64,000 nucleotides of DNA from Daphnia carinata (lineage: Eukaryota), in contig NC_081331.1 in assembly GCF_022539665.2 (NCBI RefSeq), positions 2,852,001 to 2,916,000 of the forward strand, in the 5' to 3' direction. Positions within the stretch are counted from its first letter, which is position 1; each line of letters starts with the position of its first letter. Under the pieces are notes generated by a model that was not told the DNA's origin, ran no database searches, and saw only the letters and a program-made list of their open reading frames with translations. Made by a program: the position numbers and the translations under genes. This document shows, piece by piece, positions 11,753 to 25,067 of the stretch.

Positions 11753-14206
11753 ATGATGGAGCGGTGGATGCAGTTATTGTTCGTCTTTCTTGTCGTCCAA
11801 GGTAATTTTTCAACTGTGCCAGTATCTTTGTATTGACTCAATTAATCGTTAACTACAATTGGTTTATTCCCTTAACATCAGGCTATTCCTGCAGAGTCTG
11901 GAACGGAATACCACAAGTTGTAAGCTATCTATTTGCTTGCTATAAAGAAACGATATTCACAATGATACGCAACTTCGTTTGTATTAAAGTCCCGTTCGTC
12001 GTTGGGCTTCTGCTAACTTTGTTGGTTTCATTCAGATCAATTGCTCATTGGTCTTTTTGTTTTTATCCTTGGGTAGTTTGTTGAACCTAGCTGCCCACAA
12101 CAAGAAGGCTTCTTCACTGTGGATAATCAGTGCACAAGAGAGTACCACTATTGCCTAGATGGAGTTGTCATTTATGAACAGGTAAGTCAAATGCGTAATT
12201 TGTTGTTCCACCACATGGGCTACAACTTACGTGGTTCAAACGCCTAAATTGATACCATAACTAGTTTAAAACCAAACTTCTAATCATGGGAACCTTCACT
12301 TTAATAGGTATGCCCGGAATCAGACGTTTTTGATCCACTGTTGAAAACATGCGTCGAGCCAGCAACTTGCTTCGGTAAATTTTCGTATAATGTGTTTATA
12401 AATCTCATCGAGCCCTTGTTTTGAATTTGTATTTGTACATCACTTAATATTTAAAATCCCGAATCCCTAATGTACAACAAATCCCATTATCAAAAATTGA
12501 GACAACTTTTTTTTTTTTTTTTTTTTTTTTTTATAAATAGATTGCCCTCCTGAAGATGGGATACATCCTGTCCCCCAAAGCTGCACAGACGAATATTATC
12601 AATGTACCAGTGGAGTACCAGAAAAGCTGGTATTGAGAATCATGCCCTTTCGTTTGTAATCTTGTTCTAAACGAAAATTTCTATTTATTGTTTAAATGTA
12701 AAATGCAGAGCTGTCCTGCCGGTAACATTTTTGATCCAGTGACGTATGAATGTACCCCCGCCGAGCAAGCTTCATGCGGTAAGCAACCTCTTGACTTTAC
12801 GTTACCAGAGTCTGTAGATCGTTCATAATTTTTTGTAACATTCTGATTATTTTTTTCAGCGGCGCTCATGCAATGCAGTGAAAATGGTTATTTTCCATTT
12901 CCAGGTATATATTGTAAATAAAACTCCATATCCGCAATTTCTGAATAATGTGATTGGCAGGAGAATGTAGCGGGTTGTATTTTCTCTGCGTTGGCGGCCA
13001 AAGCTCTACGATGGTAATTTCGTTTTTAATATTTTGAAGTGTTCTCACTTGCCATTTGGTATTTTTTTAACACCACGTCGATTGTTTAGTATTGCCCGTC
13101 AGATACGGTTTTTGAGGCAAGCACTTCGACTTGTGTTCCTTTAGAGTCTGCGTCGTGCACGCGTAAGTCTACCATTTAGAAATTTCAAACAGTTCGTGAA
13201 TTCACTATCACAATTTTGCTTTGTATATGGCCAGCTGGGCCGAAAACGACGACCACTACACAATCAACTACTACACCCACAACTACCACCACTCCAACCA
13301 CTACCACTACTCCGACCACTACAACTACTCCAACCACTACAACTACTCCAACCACAACAACTACTCCAACCACAACAACTACTCCGACCACCACCACTAC
13401 TCCGACCACCACTACCACTCCGACGACGACTACTACTCCCACCACTACTACTACTCCAACTACCACCACTACTCCCACCACTACCACCACTCCCACTACC
13501 ACCACTACTCCCACCACTACCACTACTCCAACCACCACAGTTGCTCCTGGCTTTGTTTGTCCGACACCTAACGGAAATTTCGAGATTCCTGGCAATTGTA
13601 CTTCATTCTACAATTGCACAAATGGAGTATATACTGTTCAAGTAATTATAATTTCAAAAAGCAACACAAGTATCCAATAACTAATCATCCGCTTATTTAT
13701 AAGAATTGCCAACCTGGAACAGCTTTCAATCCTTACGTTGGCGCGTGCGATTTTCCTTTTAACGTTCCCGGATGTTCGGTTGTAAGTATATTTATTTACA
13801 TTTTTACCCTATAATAACTCCCAACTCCTTCTAAGGAAAGCAAAGCTGTAACATAATATGACGTTTTTCGCTTTCTAGGTTCGAATTGATGAGGATGAAA
13901 AGGACCACTTTCTATTCAACGATTCCAATTTTCAATGTCCCGGTAGCGGCAATTGGCCTCATGCTGAATGCGAATATTACTATTCTTGTTATGGAAACGG
14001 AATGAATAGGAAAGCGCAGGTTTGGCAATGCAGAAAGAATTTTCTCTACGACATCAGATCCCGTCGATGCAAATATTGGAAAATTGCTGGGTGTGGCGAT
14101 CGTCTCCGATCAGGTACGTAAACTTTAAAATTCGTACACATTTTCCTGGAATGCGCGTCCTTGTGGTAACACTAAAATGCTGTTTTCGTTCACAGTACTA
14201 GCCTAG
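11753..14206 (+). CDS. Peritrophin/mucin-like gene 2: signal peptide, 3 CBM14, (PTTTTT)14 linker, 2 CBM14
   Basis: Recent paralog of gene 1 with similar exons and introns. It stays in frame through the mucin repeat to FVCPTPNGNF..C and the terminal exon FQCPGSGNWP...CGDRLRS|VLA*. Confidence 0.88.
13276..13539 (+). repeat. Coding 18-bp tandem repeat, ~14.7 copies encoding PTTTTT
   Basis: The protein repeat is perfect, while the DNA units differ at synonymous positions (act/acc/aca/acg; cca/ccg/ccc). Confidence 0.95.
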
Positions 14207-14822
14207 AACAGTTTTTGCTTGCAATTGGGTGGATTCCCCATAAAGGCAGCAGCAACAATCGTGTGAATGTATTAATAAGATGACCGAATAGAAATAAAAT
14301 TATTTTCGCATGTGAAAAATATTACGATATTTCCGTTTTAACCTGCAATTATATACGCAGATAAACAGGTTTTTGTTATATTCTTTTATGCGTCAATTTG
14401 CTAGACTCTGAACTTCGGATTGATCTGATGTTCATTAAGCGAAAACATTCACTGTATAAGCGAAAACATTCATTCGTGCTATACATGAATTTCTTTAATT
14501 TTTTAAAACAATAAGACATGAAAATAAAAATTAGAATTTTCGAGATTCTATGCATGCTACAACCTTTATGAGTTAGACGGTCCGATTGTTGCTCGTGTTT
14601 GTATTAGTTGTTGCGGTGATAAAATGATCTCTGCACGACGGCCTTCGCAACAAACAAACACTGCATGACGTCTACTGCGATAAGCGTAGGCAATCAATCA
14701 CGTAATTGTTGACTCTCACGAAATACCAAACTCCATTTCTAATCCCCACTTGCACCTTTTGAAATGAGAAAACATTCGCTCAAACTTACAGCATTTTTAT
14801 AATCGGCTTCTATACCGACGAC

Positions 14823-16967
14823 ATGGTGAAGAATATCTTACCCTTGTTGTTTCTTTTTAATTCCTTAAACGGTATGCAGTGTTGAAGTTTAATACCTGGC
14901 TAAATTCGATGTCGTATTAACTGTGTTTTGTTTCGTTTTCATTGACAGGAGGATTGGGAATTTCGGTAACGCCAGCACTTTAAATGTCCTAAAAAAATTC
15001 ACGTTTGAATTTCGTTTAGTAATTTGAAGTTACTTGAATAGGAAAAGGAATTCGTCTGCCCGAACCAAGAAACTGGTTTTTATCCCGACAGTGAAAACAT
15101 TTGCACAGGTTCTTATTTCACTTGTGTAAACGGAGTTGCTTACCCTCAGGTAAATAAAATATTTTTTCCAAGTGTCTTTAAAATTCCTATCATATGTCTT
15201 GCATTTCGCCGTTAAAGCTTCTTTCGTTTTCCATTTTTTTGTAGCAATGCCCTGGTATTACAGTTTTTGATCCAGAGAGTGAACTGTGTGTCGATCTCGA
15301 AGTTGCCTCTTGTTACGGTAATTTCCAACTATGTTACAAAACGCATTTAAGGAAAATGAATTAATCTGGTTGTGTCTCCCGTTGTGTGTTGATGAACAAA
15401 GTGTCTCCCTTCACGTGTCCATCGTCAGAAGGATTTTACCCGGTACCTGGAACATGTGAAAGTAACTATTACATCTGCGTTAGTGGAATCGCTTCACTCA
15501 CGGTAAGAATAACATTGGAAAAATGAATATGTTTTCAGTTAACCGCCAACGATGATTAATTTGAATCGTACTCGTGACTAACGGCATAAAATATGTGCTT
15601 ACAGAAGTGTCCGTTTGAGGCAATATTCGATCCTGTCACTTTTGATTGCGTTCCGGCTGATGAAGCTTCATGCAGTAATATTTTCGCTAGTGCGCACAGC
15701 TTTTTAGTTTACAAAATTAACTTGATTTATGTATGTTCTTCCAGATAAACCGTTTAGCTGTCCATCTCCAGATGGCCTTTTTCCATATCCAGGTAAAATT
15801 TCAAGACGACTAGTCAGTGCTGAACTATTTTTAACGAACCCTTTTTTTTTTAAGATGCTTGTTGCGGAATTTATTATAATTGCGCTGGCGGCCAGAGCAC
15901 CCTACAGGTAAATAGTCCCCGTAATGAATTGCGTGGCATATGACTTCAGTCTGCCGCGCAATTTATATTTCACAGGTGTCTTATGATTTTGAAATTTTCA
16001 TCTTTAGTATTGTTCTACTGGATATTATTTTGATCCAGTAGCTCTGAGCTGTGTATTGGCTGAGGAGGCCAGTTGTTCAAGTAAGCTTCAGTTTATTTTT
16101 CCAGTAATTATTTTACGACTTCTTAATTCCTGTTTGAACGCCTCCTGGTGAATGCAAATGTTATTTACTTTAGCTGGTGGGGGAACAGCTACGCCAAAAA
16201 CAACTTTAGCTCCGACCACAACATCAACGTCAACGACACCTGAACCATTTGTCTGTCCTGGTGACGGTTACTACTCCATAGGTAATTATATTAGAAAACA
16301 TCTGGTAAATCAAGGTGTTTTACTTTACTCAAAGCCATCTTCTTTGAATTTCATAGGTGTATCATGCAGTTCCACTTTCTACAACTGCTCTCTTGGCCAA
16401 CACACCGAAGAGGTAATCACTCTTTTCCTTTATTACCTGTGTAAGGTCACCTGCAAGCTCAATCCCAAAGCCACTCTTTACTACATTACATATCGTCCAA
16501 TTTGATTTTAGTCCTGTCCTGGAGGTATGATTTTCGTTCCGGACTACTCAAGTTGCGTCTTATCCACGTACACCACATGCGCACGTAAGTGCTTTAGCTT
16601 TGAACCTAGAAAAATGTTTTTCTTTGCCATACAAGTAAAATGCTTTTTTGGTCATGATTGGATAACTTAGCTGGTCAATGGCATGCTGCCACTCCGGCCT
16701 GGATTCCTGATGCAATTCTCCCAGCCGTCTCTTCGACCAATTTTGTTTGCCCAACATCCAATGGTAACTTCAAGTCTACCGGAAATCGTTTGAAATTTTG
16801 GGTTTGCGTAAACGGACGCGCAGTTCTTCAAGTAATTATTTGATCTTCCAAAAATGATAAACATGAATTAACTGGTAATATGTCTTTATTCTTATTCACA
16901 GAGTTGCCCACCTGGCATGGCATTCGACCCTACTGTTGGTGCTTGCAGTTATCCACAGGAATGGTAA
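14823..16967 (+). CDS. Peritrophin-like gene 3: signal peptide plus 5 CBM14 domains with a short Thr linker
   Basis: Starts MVKNILPLLFLFNSLN|GGLGIS|EKEFVCPNQETGFYP. About 14 in-frame GT-AG exons, ending SCPPGMAFDPTVGACSYPQEW*. Confidence 0.87.
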
Positions 16968-17446
16968 CGTTAATGACAAATGCAATAATTACAGGTATAC
17001 GTCTCTTTTCTTAAATCTACGATATTTCGAAAATATGTATCGCAAAGTGTAATAAAATGTTCTGTTGTATACGCAAGTAGCTCAATTTCTAAATGTTAAC
17101 AACATTATGTATCTTTTAGCGTGTAGAAACGTCTAGTATAACGAAGCGGACTTTGTTCAATAATTCTAGGTTACATTTGAGGCCGCCTTGTACGCAATAA
17201 AGAGCTCGAAGTATCATTTGTCTTGTTGGATTGTCAGAGCTTTGATAACAAGCATTAGAGTCCATTTACTTAATCAAACAATTGTTACATGATCACTTGA
17301 TAAGGAAGAATAATCAATTTCCATGTTCTCGACTAGCGCTAGAATATCAATCTTGCCTCTGTAATCCTGTTGTAGTTGTTGACTTCTCTAACCGTATACT
17401 TTCCGTCTGGCTACTGGCATCCACTTTTATCTCAATCAACATTAAA

Positions 17447-19685
17447 ATGAAGAAGTTTGTCTTATTGTCTTTGCTCCTTTTAGGTTTCTCTGAAGGTAAA
17501 CTGTTACAATAATTCATTTTGGCGGTCTTCTAATGTAATGTTTTACCGATTCTGAAAACCGCAGCTTATTCAAAAGTTGTAAGAAATAATTGAGATACAA
17601 ATTGTATTGCAGGCAGCTTCGGCAAAAGTTTCAAAGGATCTGCAAGAGAGGTAATAGACATATTATGTAATTCATTTAAAAGGCACACTTTGCTTGAATT
17701 GTGGTTGCATTGTTTGTTTTTGTCTCATTTAAATAGGATTGTAATTATCCCACTATTTTTGATCCTGCAACAAATTTGGCTACGTTAAGTTTAAGGATTC
17801 CCAACAAACAGGTATGACGGAAACAATTGATGAAGTTTATTTAGTCCCACAATAAAAAAAAATAGATAACGCCACTTCGCTTTATAAAGAACTGTTCTCT
17901 TGTTGTTCCTTTCTCAGAGTTTACTTTCAAACTAGTTTCAGTAAAAAAAATATTTCCCAAAGACAGTCATCCGATTAAAATTCATAGTGTATTGTATAGG
18001 GACGCGAAAGTGAATTCCAATGTCCCAACAGCGACACAGATTTTTTTCCCGCCGACCCCTTCTGCTCTGAATTTTATTACGTATGTGTGGACGGAATTGC
18101 TTATCCTCAGGTAAGAAGCTAATCAAATGCAACTCTTATTTTCTTTGATGGATGTGTCTAACCTTAATTATTTTTCTGGAAATTTTGATTTATCTCATAG
18201 GAATGTCCCGGTACTTCAGGAATTACTGCCTTTGATCCAGCCACCAAAACTTGTCGTCCCGTCGAATGTTGCCGTTGCTACTTCACTTGCCCAGCGTCCG
18301 ATCCAAACGGATTCTTTCCTGTGCCTGGAACATGTTCAAGCGGTTACTATGTTTGCGTCGACGGTCTTTACGAAACCTACGTAAGCCCAACATTGCCTTT
18401 GATTTTCAACCAACAATGCGTTGCCTTATTACACACATTTAAAAGATTTAATCCTTCAACATGAATGAAAACACCGTAGGAATGTCCGTTGGGTGCGCTG
18501 TTCGATCCCGTCACCGGAGATTGTGAACCACCTGCAGAAGCATCTTGCAGTACATTAAAATTTTTCCTTTTTTTTCGTCGCCAACAGTTGTTCAATTTTT
18601 TTTTTCTCTGTCAGACCAACCCTTTAGCTGTCCGTCAACGGATGGTGTTTTCCCATACCCAGGTAAGCATTAAATTGCAACTACGAAACAGAAAATGCAG
18701 GGAGTCTCTAATTTGTTTATTTCGTGAAAGATGCGTGCAGTAGCATTTATTACAATTGTACAAACGGACAGGATTCTATACAGGTACATCAATTTCGAGA
18801 TCAATAATTATATTTCAATTCATCCTTTCATAAATATTGGCTGCAGTATTGCCCTACAGGCACTGTTTTTGATCCGGCAGTTTCGAGCTGTGTTACAACT
18901 GCTTATGCTTCTTGTTCACGTAAATTAACTTCATTTCCATTCACATCGTTTAATTAATTTTATCTATACACTCTTGCCTCGTGTGGTATTTCGCCATTAG
19001 CTGGAGCGACAACGACGGAGGTATCGACCACGACAGAAGGCGTGTTTGTCTGTCTCGAAGCAGGCTACTTCCCCATCCCGGAAAATTGTTCTATTTACTA
19101 CCTTTGTAGAGGTGCTGGAGAGGCACCTCTGACTGTTGTAAGTAATCAAGCCTTTAGCGCTGTCTCATCTTACCCGATATTGAATTACGGTTTTTCTTCT
19201 TCATCGACTTGTTAGCCATGTCCTAACGGACTAGTTTTCAATCCGGATACAGCGCTTTGTGACTATCCAGAAAATGTTCCGGAATGTAGCATCACAGCGG
19301 CCGTTGAATTACTGGTAATATTATTTGTTAAAAATGGAAAGACATGCTTTCATTACATCCAATGATTTGTTTGTACAGGTGGGCGGAAATGTAAGACTTG
19401 GTATCTCCAAACAAGATCATCCGGGTGATGGATTCAGTTGTAAGAACGAAGATGGCATCTATCCTCTCAAATCCGATGGAAGTTATTCCCGATATTATTT
19501 TGCCTGCGTTGGGGGAATTGCTTATCCTAAGGTAATACAAAAGTTTGGGATTACAAACTGTCACTATAAATTCTTCTTAAGAACAACTGGTAAAATATTG
19601 ATTTGACTTATCAAAAATATCCAAGGTATGCCCGGGAATGACTGCATTTGATTCCGGGAAATTGTCGTGCGCATTGATTGCCTAA
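17447..19685 (+). CDS. Peritrophin-like gene 4: signal peptide plus 5 CBM14 domains (last degenerate) and an orphan half-domain exon
   Basis: Starts MKKFVLLSLLLLGFSE. Domains begin FQCPNSDTDFFP, FTCPASDPNGFFP, FSCPSTDGVFPYP, FVCLEAGYFP and FSCKNEDGIYP. Ends VCPGMTAFDSGKLSCALIA*. Confidence 0.85.
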
Positions 19686-20696
19686 ATAGGTAAGCCTTAA
19701 ATCGTATTCATCAAAGGAAGGTTCATTCATGCCATGTCAATATCTCTGAATGACAAAATTAAGAGCTCATTAAATACAAAATTGCGTATATGATAAGGAG
19801 TAATTCTGGAATTAATCAAGGCACATTTTGTTTCAAAAACCTAGTGCCGCTGCGGAAACCCCATAACGTCCCCAACAGAAAATCGCATTTTGTCCTCAAC
19901 TGGCTCGAAGGTAGAGTATAATCGGATGTAGCTACATAACTACTTGCAATTAGCTGTTGAATTGAATACAATGGATAAGTGTACAGTTGAAAGTAAAAAT
20001 GGTTCTTGTGCGAACCAAGGCGGTTTTAAATTTCGCTGATTGTATGTACCACACTCATGTAAGCCTTTGATTGCCCTTTTTCACGCTGTATAGCAATGAT
20101 CGCGTACAGAAGAATTAATGTCAATCAGCTAAACCTTTATGTCTGTTTTTGACCTTGAATGTTTTATCTCCATAAGAAATTGCGGAGTGACGGTAAGAAA
20201 ACCATTTGCATAAAGAGCAGTTTTCGATTGTTACCCTACCTGACATGCCACGTAATTTTTCTTGGAATAGTCTATAGCCCTAAGTCAGAAGTAAAGTTGC
20301 GTACGATTGGACCTGTCGTTGCATTCGTTTTCTCATGGTGGAACAGAGTGGAACGAATCGAATGTGCAGCTCGCGCTTTCTATGTCTTCATTTTCTTATC
20401 GCGGCCCGACAGCTTAGCGTGGAGGTAATCGAGAATTTGATTTATGGATTTTAAAAATTAATGTTTTATTGCTTGCGTAAAGTAAGGACATCTGCTGTAA
20501 TATCTTAGTTGTGACGCTTTAACAAATGTGAATGGCTTAGACATCAATCTGTATCTCCAACATGGTGAGACCACTGTCAATCCCCTAATCTCATTTCACA
20601 TTTTCAACAGACGAGATAAGCCTTGCCACGCAATGGCATTAACGAAGGCGTTGACGCACTATATCAGCCATCTCCTGTGCAATACCACGTGACTCG

Positions 20697-20703
20697 TATA
20701 AAT
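20697..20703 (+). promoter_or_regulatory. TATA box of peritrophin gene 5
   Basis: TATAAAT about 110 bp upstream of ATG 20810, and downstream of GATAA at 20615. Confidence 0.5.
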
Positions 20704-20809
20704 ATCTACACTTACATACAATGTCGAAACAGACTCACGTTATCGATCAGCAGATTACAGCTTCCACAAAATCAACAGCAGTACCCAGTTTTTCATATTC
20801 GCGTGAAGC

Positions 20810-22431
20810 ATGAAGAATCCCCTTGTGTCCATCCTGGCAGTGTTGTGCTCTTTTCTTTGTAAGTACTTCGCAATTTTAATAGTCCGCAGCTTGGGTATCG
20901 GTAGCATATCAGGATGTTAAAATTAATGAAGCTGTTTTCACTTTGTTTTTATCATCCAGGTGTGGGTTTGTGTTTGGAGAAACAGCGTTCAGCTTGGATT
21001 CCATTACAAGTATGAACATAATTATTCTGAAAAATGAACATTTAAAAAATAAGCGCCTAGTTGATTATGCTTTTTTCTGTGCCGTACAGTTGGTACTAAC
21101 TCGATTAACTTGCAGGAACGCGCAAAGGAGTTCGTCTGTCCACTCGGACAAGAGGGATTTTTCTGTTCCGAAGCCTGCACCCCATACTACTATTATTGTA
21201 CTGCGGCAGGCGACTTGTATCCATTGGTAATCCGCATACATAAATTGCTAAGTTAGTTCAATGGTAATGCCGTTCAACGTTTCTGGATGTCAGGAATGTC
21301 CCCCAGGTACCGTGTATGATCCCAATCAAGGGGAACCACTGAGCAGAGCAGCATGCGTCGATGAAAATGTTTGCATAGGTTTGTTTTTATTGTTTTTAAC
21401 ATCAAATAACGCTTCAATGTGAGTAAATCTCAGTGCGGGGCATCTTTTTTTATTTATAGATCCAGCAGCGACAACTACCCCGTCGGCGACAACTACCCCA
21501 TCGGCGACAACTACCCCATCGGCGACAACTACCCCGTCGGCGACAACTACCCCGTCGGCGACAACTACCCCGTCGGCGACAACTACCCCGTCGGCGACAA
21601 CTACCCCGTCGGCGACAACTACCCCGTCGGCGACAACTACCCCGATAACATCCACTACAACAAGGGCACCAAATACTTGTCAGGAAACAACACCAAGCAA
21701 CTTTGCTTGTCCTGGAAATGGGCTATACCCTTACGATGAATGCTCTTCGCTGTATTGGCAGTGTTCAAACGACTACGCGTACCTTCAGGTAACACTATGT
21801 CTAATCCGTTTTTTTCACTCCTACACGCTTCTTCGCTAATTGTTTCTTTTACTTATGTGGTCTAACCTCTTTAGTGTTGTCCAGCAAATTTGGTTTTCAA
21901 TCCGACTTTAAAAGCATGTGATTACGAAACCAATGTCGCAGGCTGTAATCCTACGAAATCTGATTTCGCCAATCACGAACAGGTAAATGAAATTTGCTCT
22001 ATAATTAAATCCATAAAATAAATCCTAGTTTTACTATTTATCAGCTGCAAATTCAAGGTAAAACTGACCGTAGCGACCGTATCCCATCCAATTCTGGTAA
22101 TTCTGTTTTGTTAACTAAGAATAATTTTAATATGTATAATCATTTTGTGCCCAGCAGCTTCTGAAACGCTTGTAGAGACGTTTGAATGCCAAACGGACGG
22201 CTTTTTCTCTTTTGGCGTTGATAAATGTTCGTCGACTTACGTCACTTGTGCTGATGGCATTGCTTATTATACGGTCAGTTTAAAGATTTAATCGAATTGC
22301 TCGTTCTGTCCATCTTCTGATTTTCTTAATCACTTTTGGTTGTCAAATGCTATTAGGAATGCCCGGCCGATGGTATTTTTGACGAAGGTTCGCAAATTTG
22401 CGTACAAGCTGATCAGCTGCCTTACTGCTAG
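20810..22431 (+). CDS. Peritrophin/mucin-like gene 5: signal peptide, CBM14, (ATTTPS)10 linker, 2 CBM14
   Basis: Starts MKNPLVSILAVLCSFL|CVGLC. Domains begin FVCPLGQEGFF, FACPGNGLYPY and FECQTDGFFS. Ends QLPYC*. Confidence 0.87.
21468..21644 (+). repeat. Coding 18-bp VNTR GCGACAACTACCCCRTCG, ~10 copies (ATTTPS)
   Basis: Directly visible near-identical tandem units. Confidence 0.95.
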
Positions 22432-22993
22432 ATTTTGAACACATCAGCAATCGTACAAAACGAGAACTAATTAATTCTTACAATTTGTCAATTCCTATAC
22501 TTAATTAAAACTTTACTTTACCGCGAACAAACGGCACACTGACTTTTTTTTAAGTCTCAAGAAGACTTGGTAATCCTGGGAGTTAAACGAACGCAGTCTT
22601 GCAGGTAAGAAAAAAAAACTAAATGTGAGAAATTCTCAAAGAGCAAACGTGACGGAATTTCTCTGTCTTGGAAAACGAAACAGGAAATGTTTGTTTGAGG
22701 GCGATGATGTTGGGCGTAAGGAAACGAAACTTTGCAGCGTTTGAGATTGGTGCAATGTTGATTTGAAAAGTTTAGGGGTCATCAATTTTTTAATGCAAAC
22801 GTCAAAAGATGGCCGATACGTTTTCTATGCGATAACGAACAAACAAGTGGTGAAGCAACTATAGGTCACTTGCTACCTGATATCGCATTTTATTGTTGAC
22901 CAAGTTTTTGAGGTTTGAATTTGTCGGCCTTATTTACTTGGCCGAGCGTTCCAGACTTTTCAAACGCAGAGAACTTCGGCTCCGTATTTCGAA

Positions 22994-24427
22994 ATGAAAA
23001 CCATTCTTGCTACAGCTTTGGTTTTAATTGTGTCACAAGGTATTGCTTTCTGGATTTTTAGATTAGTTGGAAGCAGTTTAATGATTCAGGTTTTTCTAAA
23101 TATATTTTTCTGTTATCATAGTCGCTTTTGGATTCCGTGTTTTACCATCTTTGCGTAAAGTAAGTTTCAAATGGATCGAATTTTAATGACTCCCGTACAT
23201 TAAATTAATAATACATATGGTGAGCAGGTGTTCCTGTAATTTTTAATGATGCTTTCTTTATTTTGTATAGGAACCCTTTGAGAATTTTGTATGTCCTCAA
23301 CCAGACGGAGTATTTCCAAGTGAAATTTGCACAGACTATTACCTGTGCGTAGATGGAGTGGCGTACATTCAGGTAGTTGATACTCAAATCCTTACTTAAA
23401 AAGACGGAGCTTTAATGCTTATTACTTTGTTGTATTTTTTATCGTTGCATTAATAGCACTGTCCGGGGAATTCAGTGTATGACCCTACAACGCAAGCGTG
23501 TATTTTATACGGCTCCTGCCAAAGTACGCATTTCATTATTGCTTACCATTAGGCAGATTAAAAGTAAAATTCACGCCCGAAATTGTTTACATTTTTCTTT
23601 TAGCTCCTTCTACACAACCATCTGTTACCTCAACCGTCACCTCAACCGTCACCCCGACCATCACGTCAACCGTAACCCCTGAACAGCTAACCACAAAGAC
23701 TACGCAACCTATCACGACATCCTCTCCTACCCCACCGGGATTCATCTGCCCGGAATCCAACGGATTTTTTCCTAATCCGGAAATGCCGTGTTCAGTTTCT
23801 TACTACACTTGCATAAGTGGAGTTCCTTACATATCAGTGAGTTTGTGCAATTTTTCAGCCTAAGCCGCTTCGCTTAAAGCAAAATCGTTTTAATAAATAA
23901 ATTATTTTTAAATTGATTTCCAGTATTGCCCAGATGGTTCTGTTTTTGATCCGGTGACATTGGTATGCGTCTCGGCTAATTCGGCTTCCTGTTGTAAGCA
24001 TGGAATGTTCCATTTTTCAATTTAAAATAAGTGTTTTTCTTTGTTTAAATCGATATCATGTTTTAATTTTTATAGCTCAAGAATTCGAGTGCCCAGCCGA
24101 TAACGGTTCATTTCCCGTACCAGGTAAACAAGTTTGAATGTAATTTGAAAATAATCATGCGTAATGTGTCCCCCATCCGCAGGAGAATGTACTCCCGTAT
24201 TCTACACATGCATCTCTGGTAAACCCTATGAACAGGTAAATATCTTTTAAAATATTCTGGTTGAATGTAATTTACGATTTTTGATGAGAATTACTGCAAT
24301 GCTATTTCTATTCGGTCACTTTTCTGGTGAAAATTCAATGCCCTGGCCTGTGAAGAGCTGCCCAGCAGGCGACATCTTTGATCCAATTCTCTTGAAGTGT
24401 GTTCCAGAGGCAAATGCGTCTTGTTAA
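22994..24427 (+). CDS. Peritrophin-like gene 6: signal peptide, CBM14, Thr/Ser/Pro linker, 2 CBM14
   Basis: Starts MKTILATALVLIVSQ|VAFG. Domains begin FVCPQPDGVFP, FICPESNGFFP and FECPADNGSFP. Ends CVPEANASC*. Confidence 0.88.
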
Positions 24428-25001
24428 ATAGAGCTATTTAGCATGAAAAATCAGTCAATTTTCTTGCGAATATTGATTATTATGACAGCTGACGCAACAC
24501 GATGCCCTTCCTAAATATTCCCTATATCTCTGGTTGTTTACAATTATGGCTTGCTCCTCCTTCCGCAGGTTAAAGTACAACCAATAATTCCACTACACCT
24601 TTTGAATTACCGTGGAAATGTAAACGACAGGTGTAAGCTCTTCAAAGATTCTAGTAATTCTTTGCACTTCAATTTATGATTACCAATTTTGGACTGATAA
24701 TAACTGACTAGAGTTGACTATTTGCCAGCACAATAAAGTCATTGATCGTGTAATGAAGATTTTCTTTAGAACGATGATTTTTCTTAAGAAACGTCATAAT
24801 AAAAATTTTCTTAAAAAAAAAATCCCCTTTTTCCAGGGGAAAATGAAGTGCTTATGGGTACTAACACGTAGGTTCTTAACCTTTCCGAATTTTTGTGTAC
24901 ACGTAGTTTGTCGTTTATTTGTGATAACCAATCTCTGACGGACGCTTTTGACCAACGTTTTGAACGAAGGTTTGTGTCGATACCTTATCTACCCTATGCA
25001 A

Positions 25002-25034
25002 TATAAAAACTACGTGTTACATAGCATGTCAGTT
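25002..25034 (+). promoter_or_regulatory. Core promoter of gene 7: TATA box plus arthropod Initiator
   Basis: TATAAAA at 25002 and TCAGTT at 25029-25034, with canonical ~29-bp spacing. ATG at 25068. Confidence 0.7.
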
Positions 25035-25067
25035 TGTTCACCAGCAATAACTTTGCAACGAGCAGGG

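Noticed and set aside
13185..13645. Val/Gly-rich antisense ORFs and alternative-frame His/Tyr or Pro/Leu ORFs over the repeats (also 21326-21655, 32847-33332, 36551-36768)
   Set aside because: They are shadows of stop-free Thr-rich coding repeats. The spliced plus-strand frame explains the sequence.
14436..14472. Short direct duplication TAAGCGAAAACATTCA (similar small duplications at ~820-860 and ~1550-1590)
   Set aside because: Ordinary slippage duplications with no sign of a target-site duplication flanking an element.
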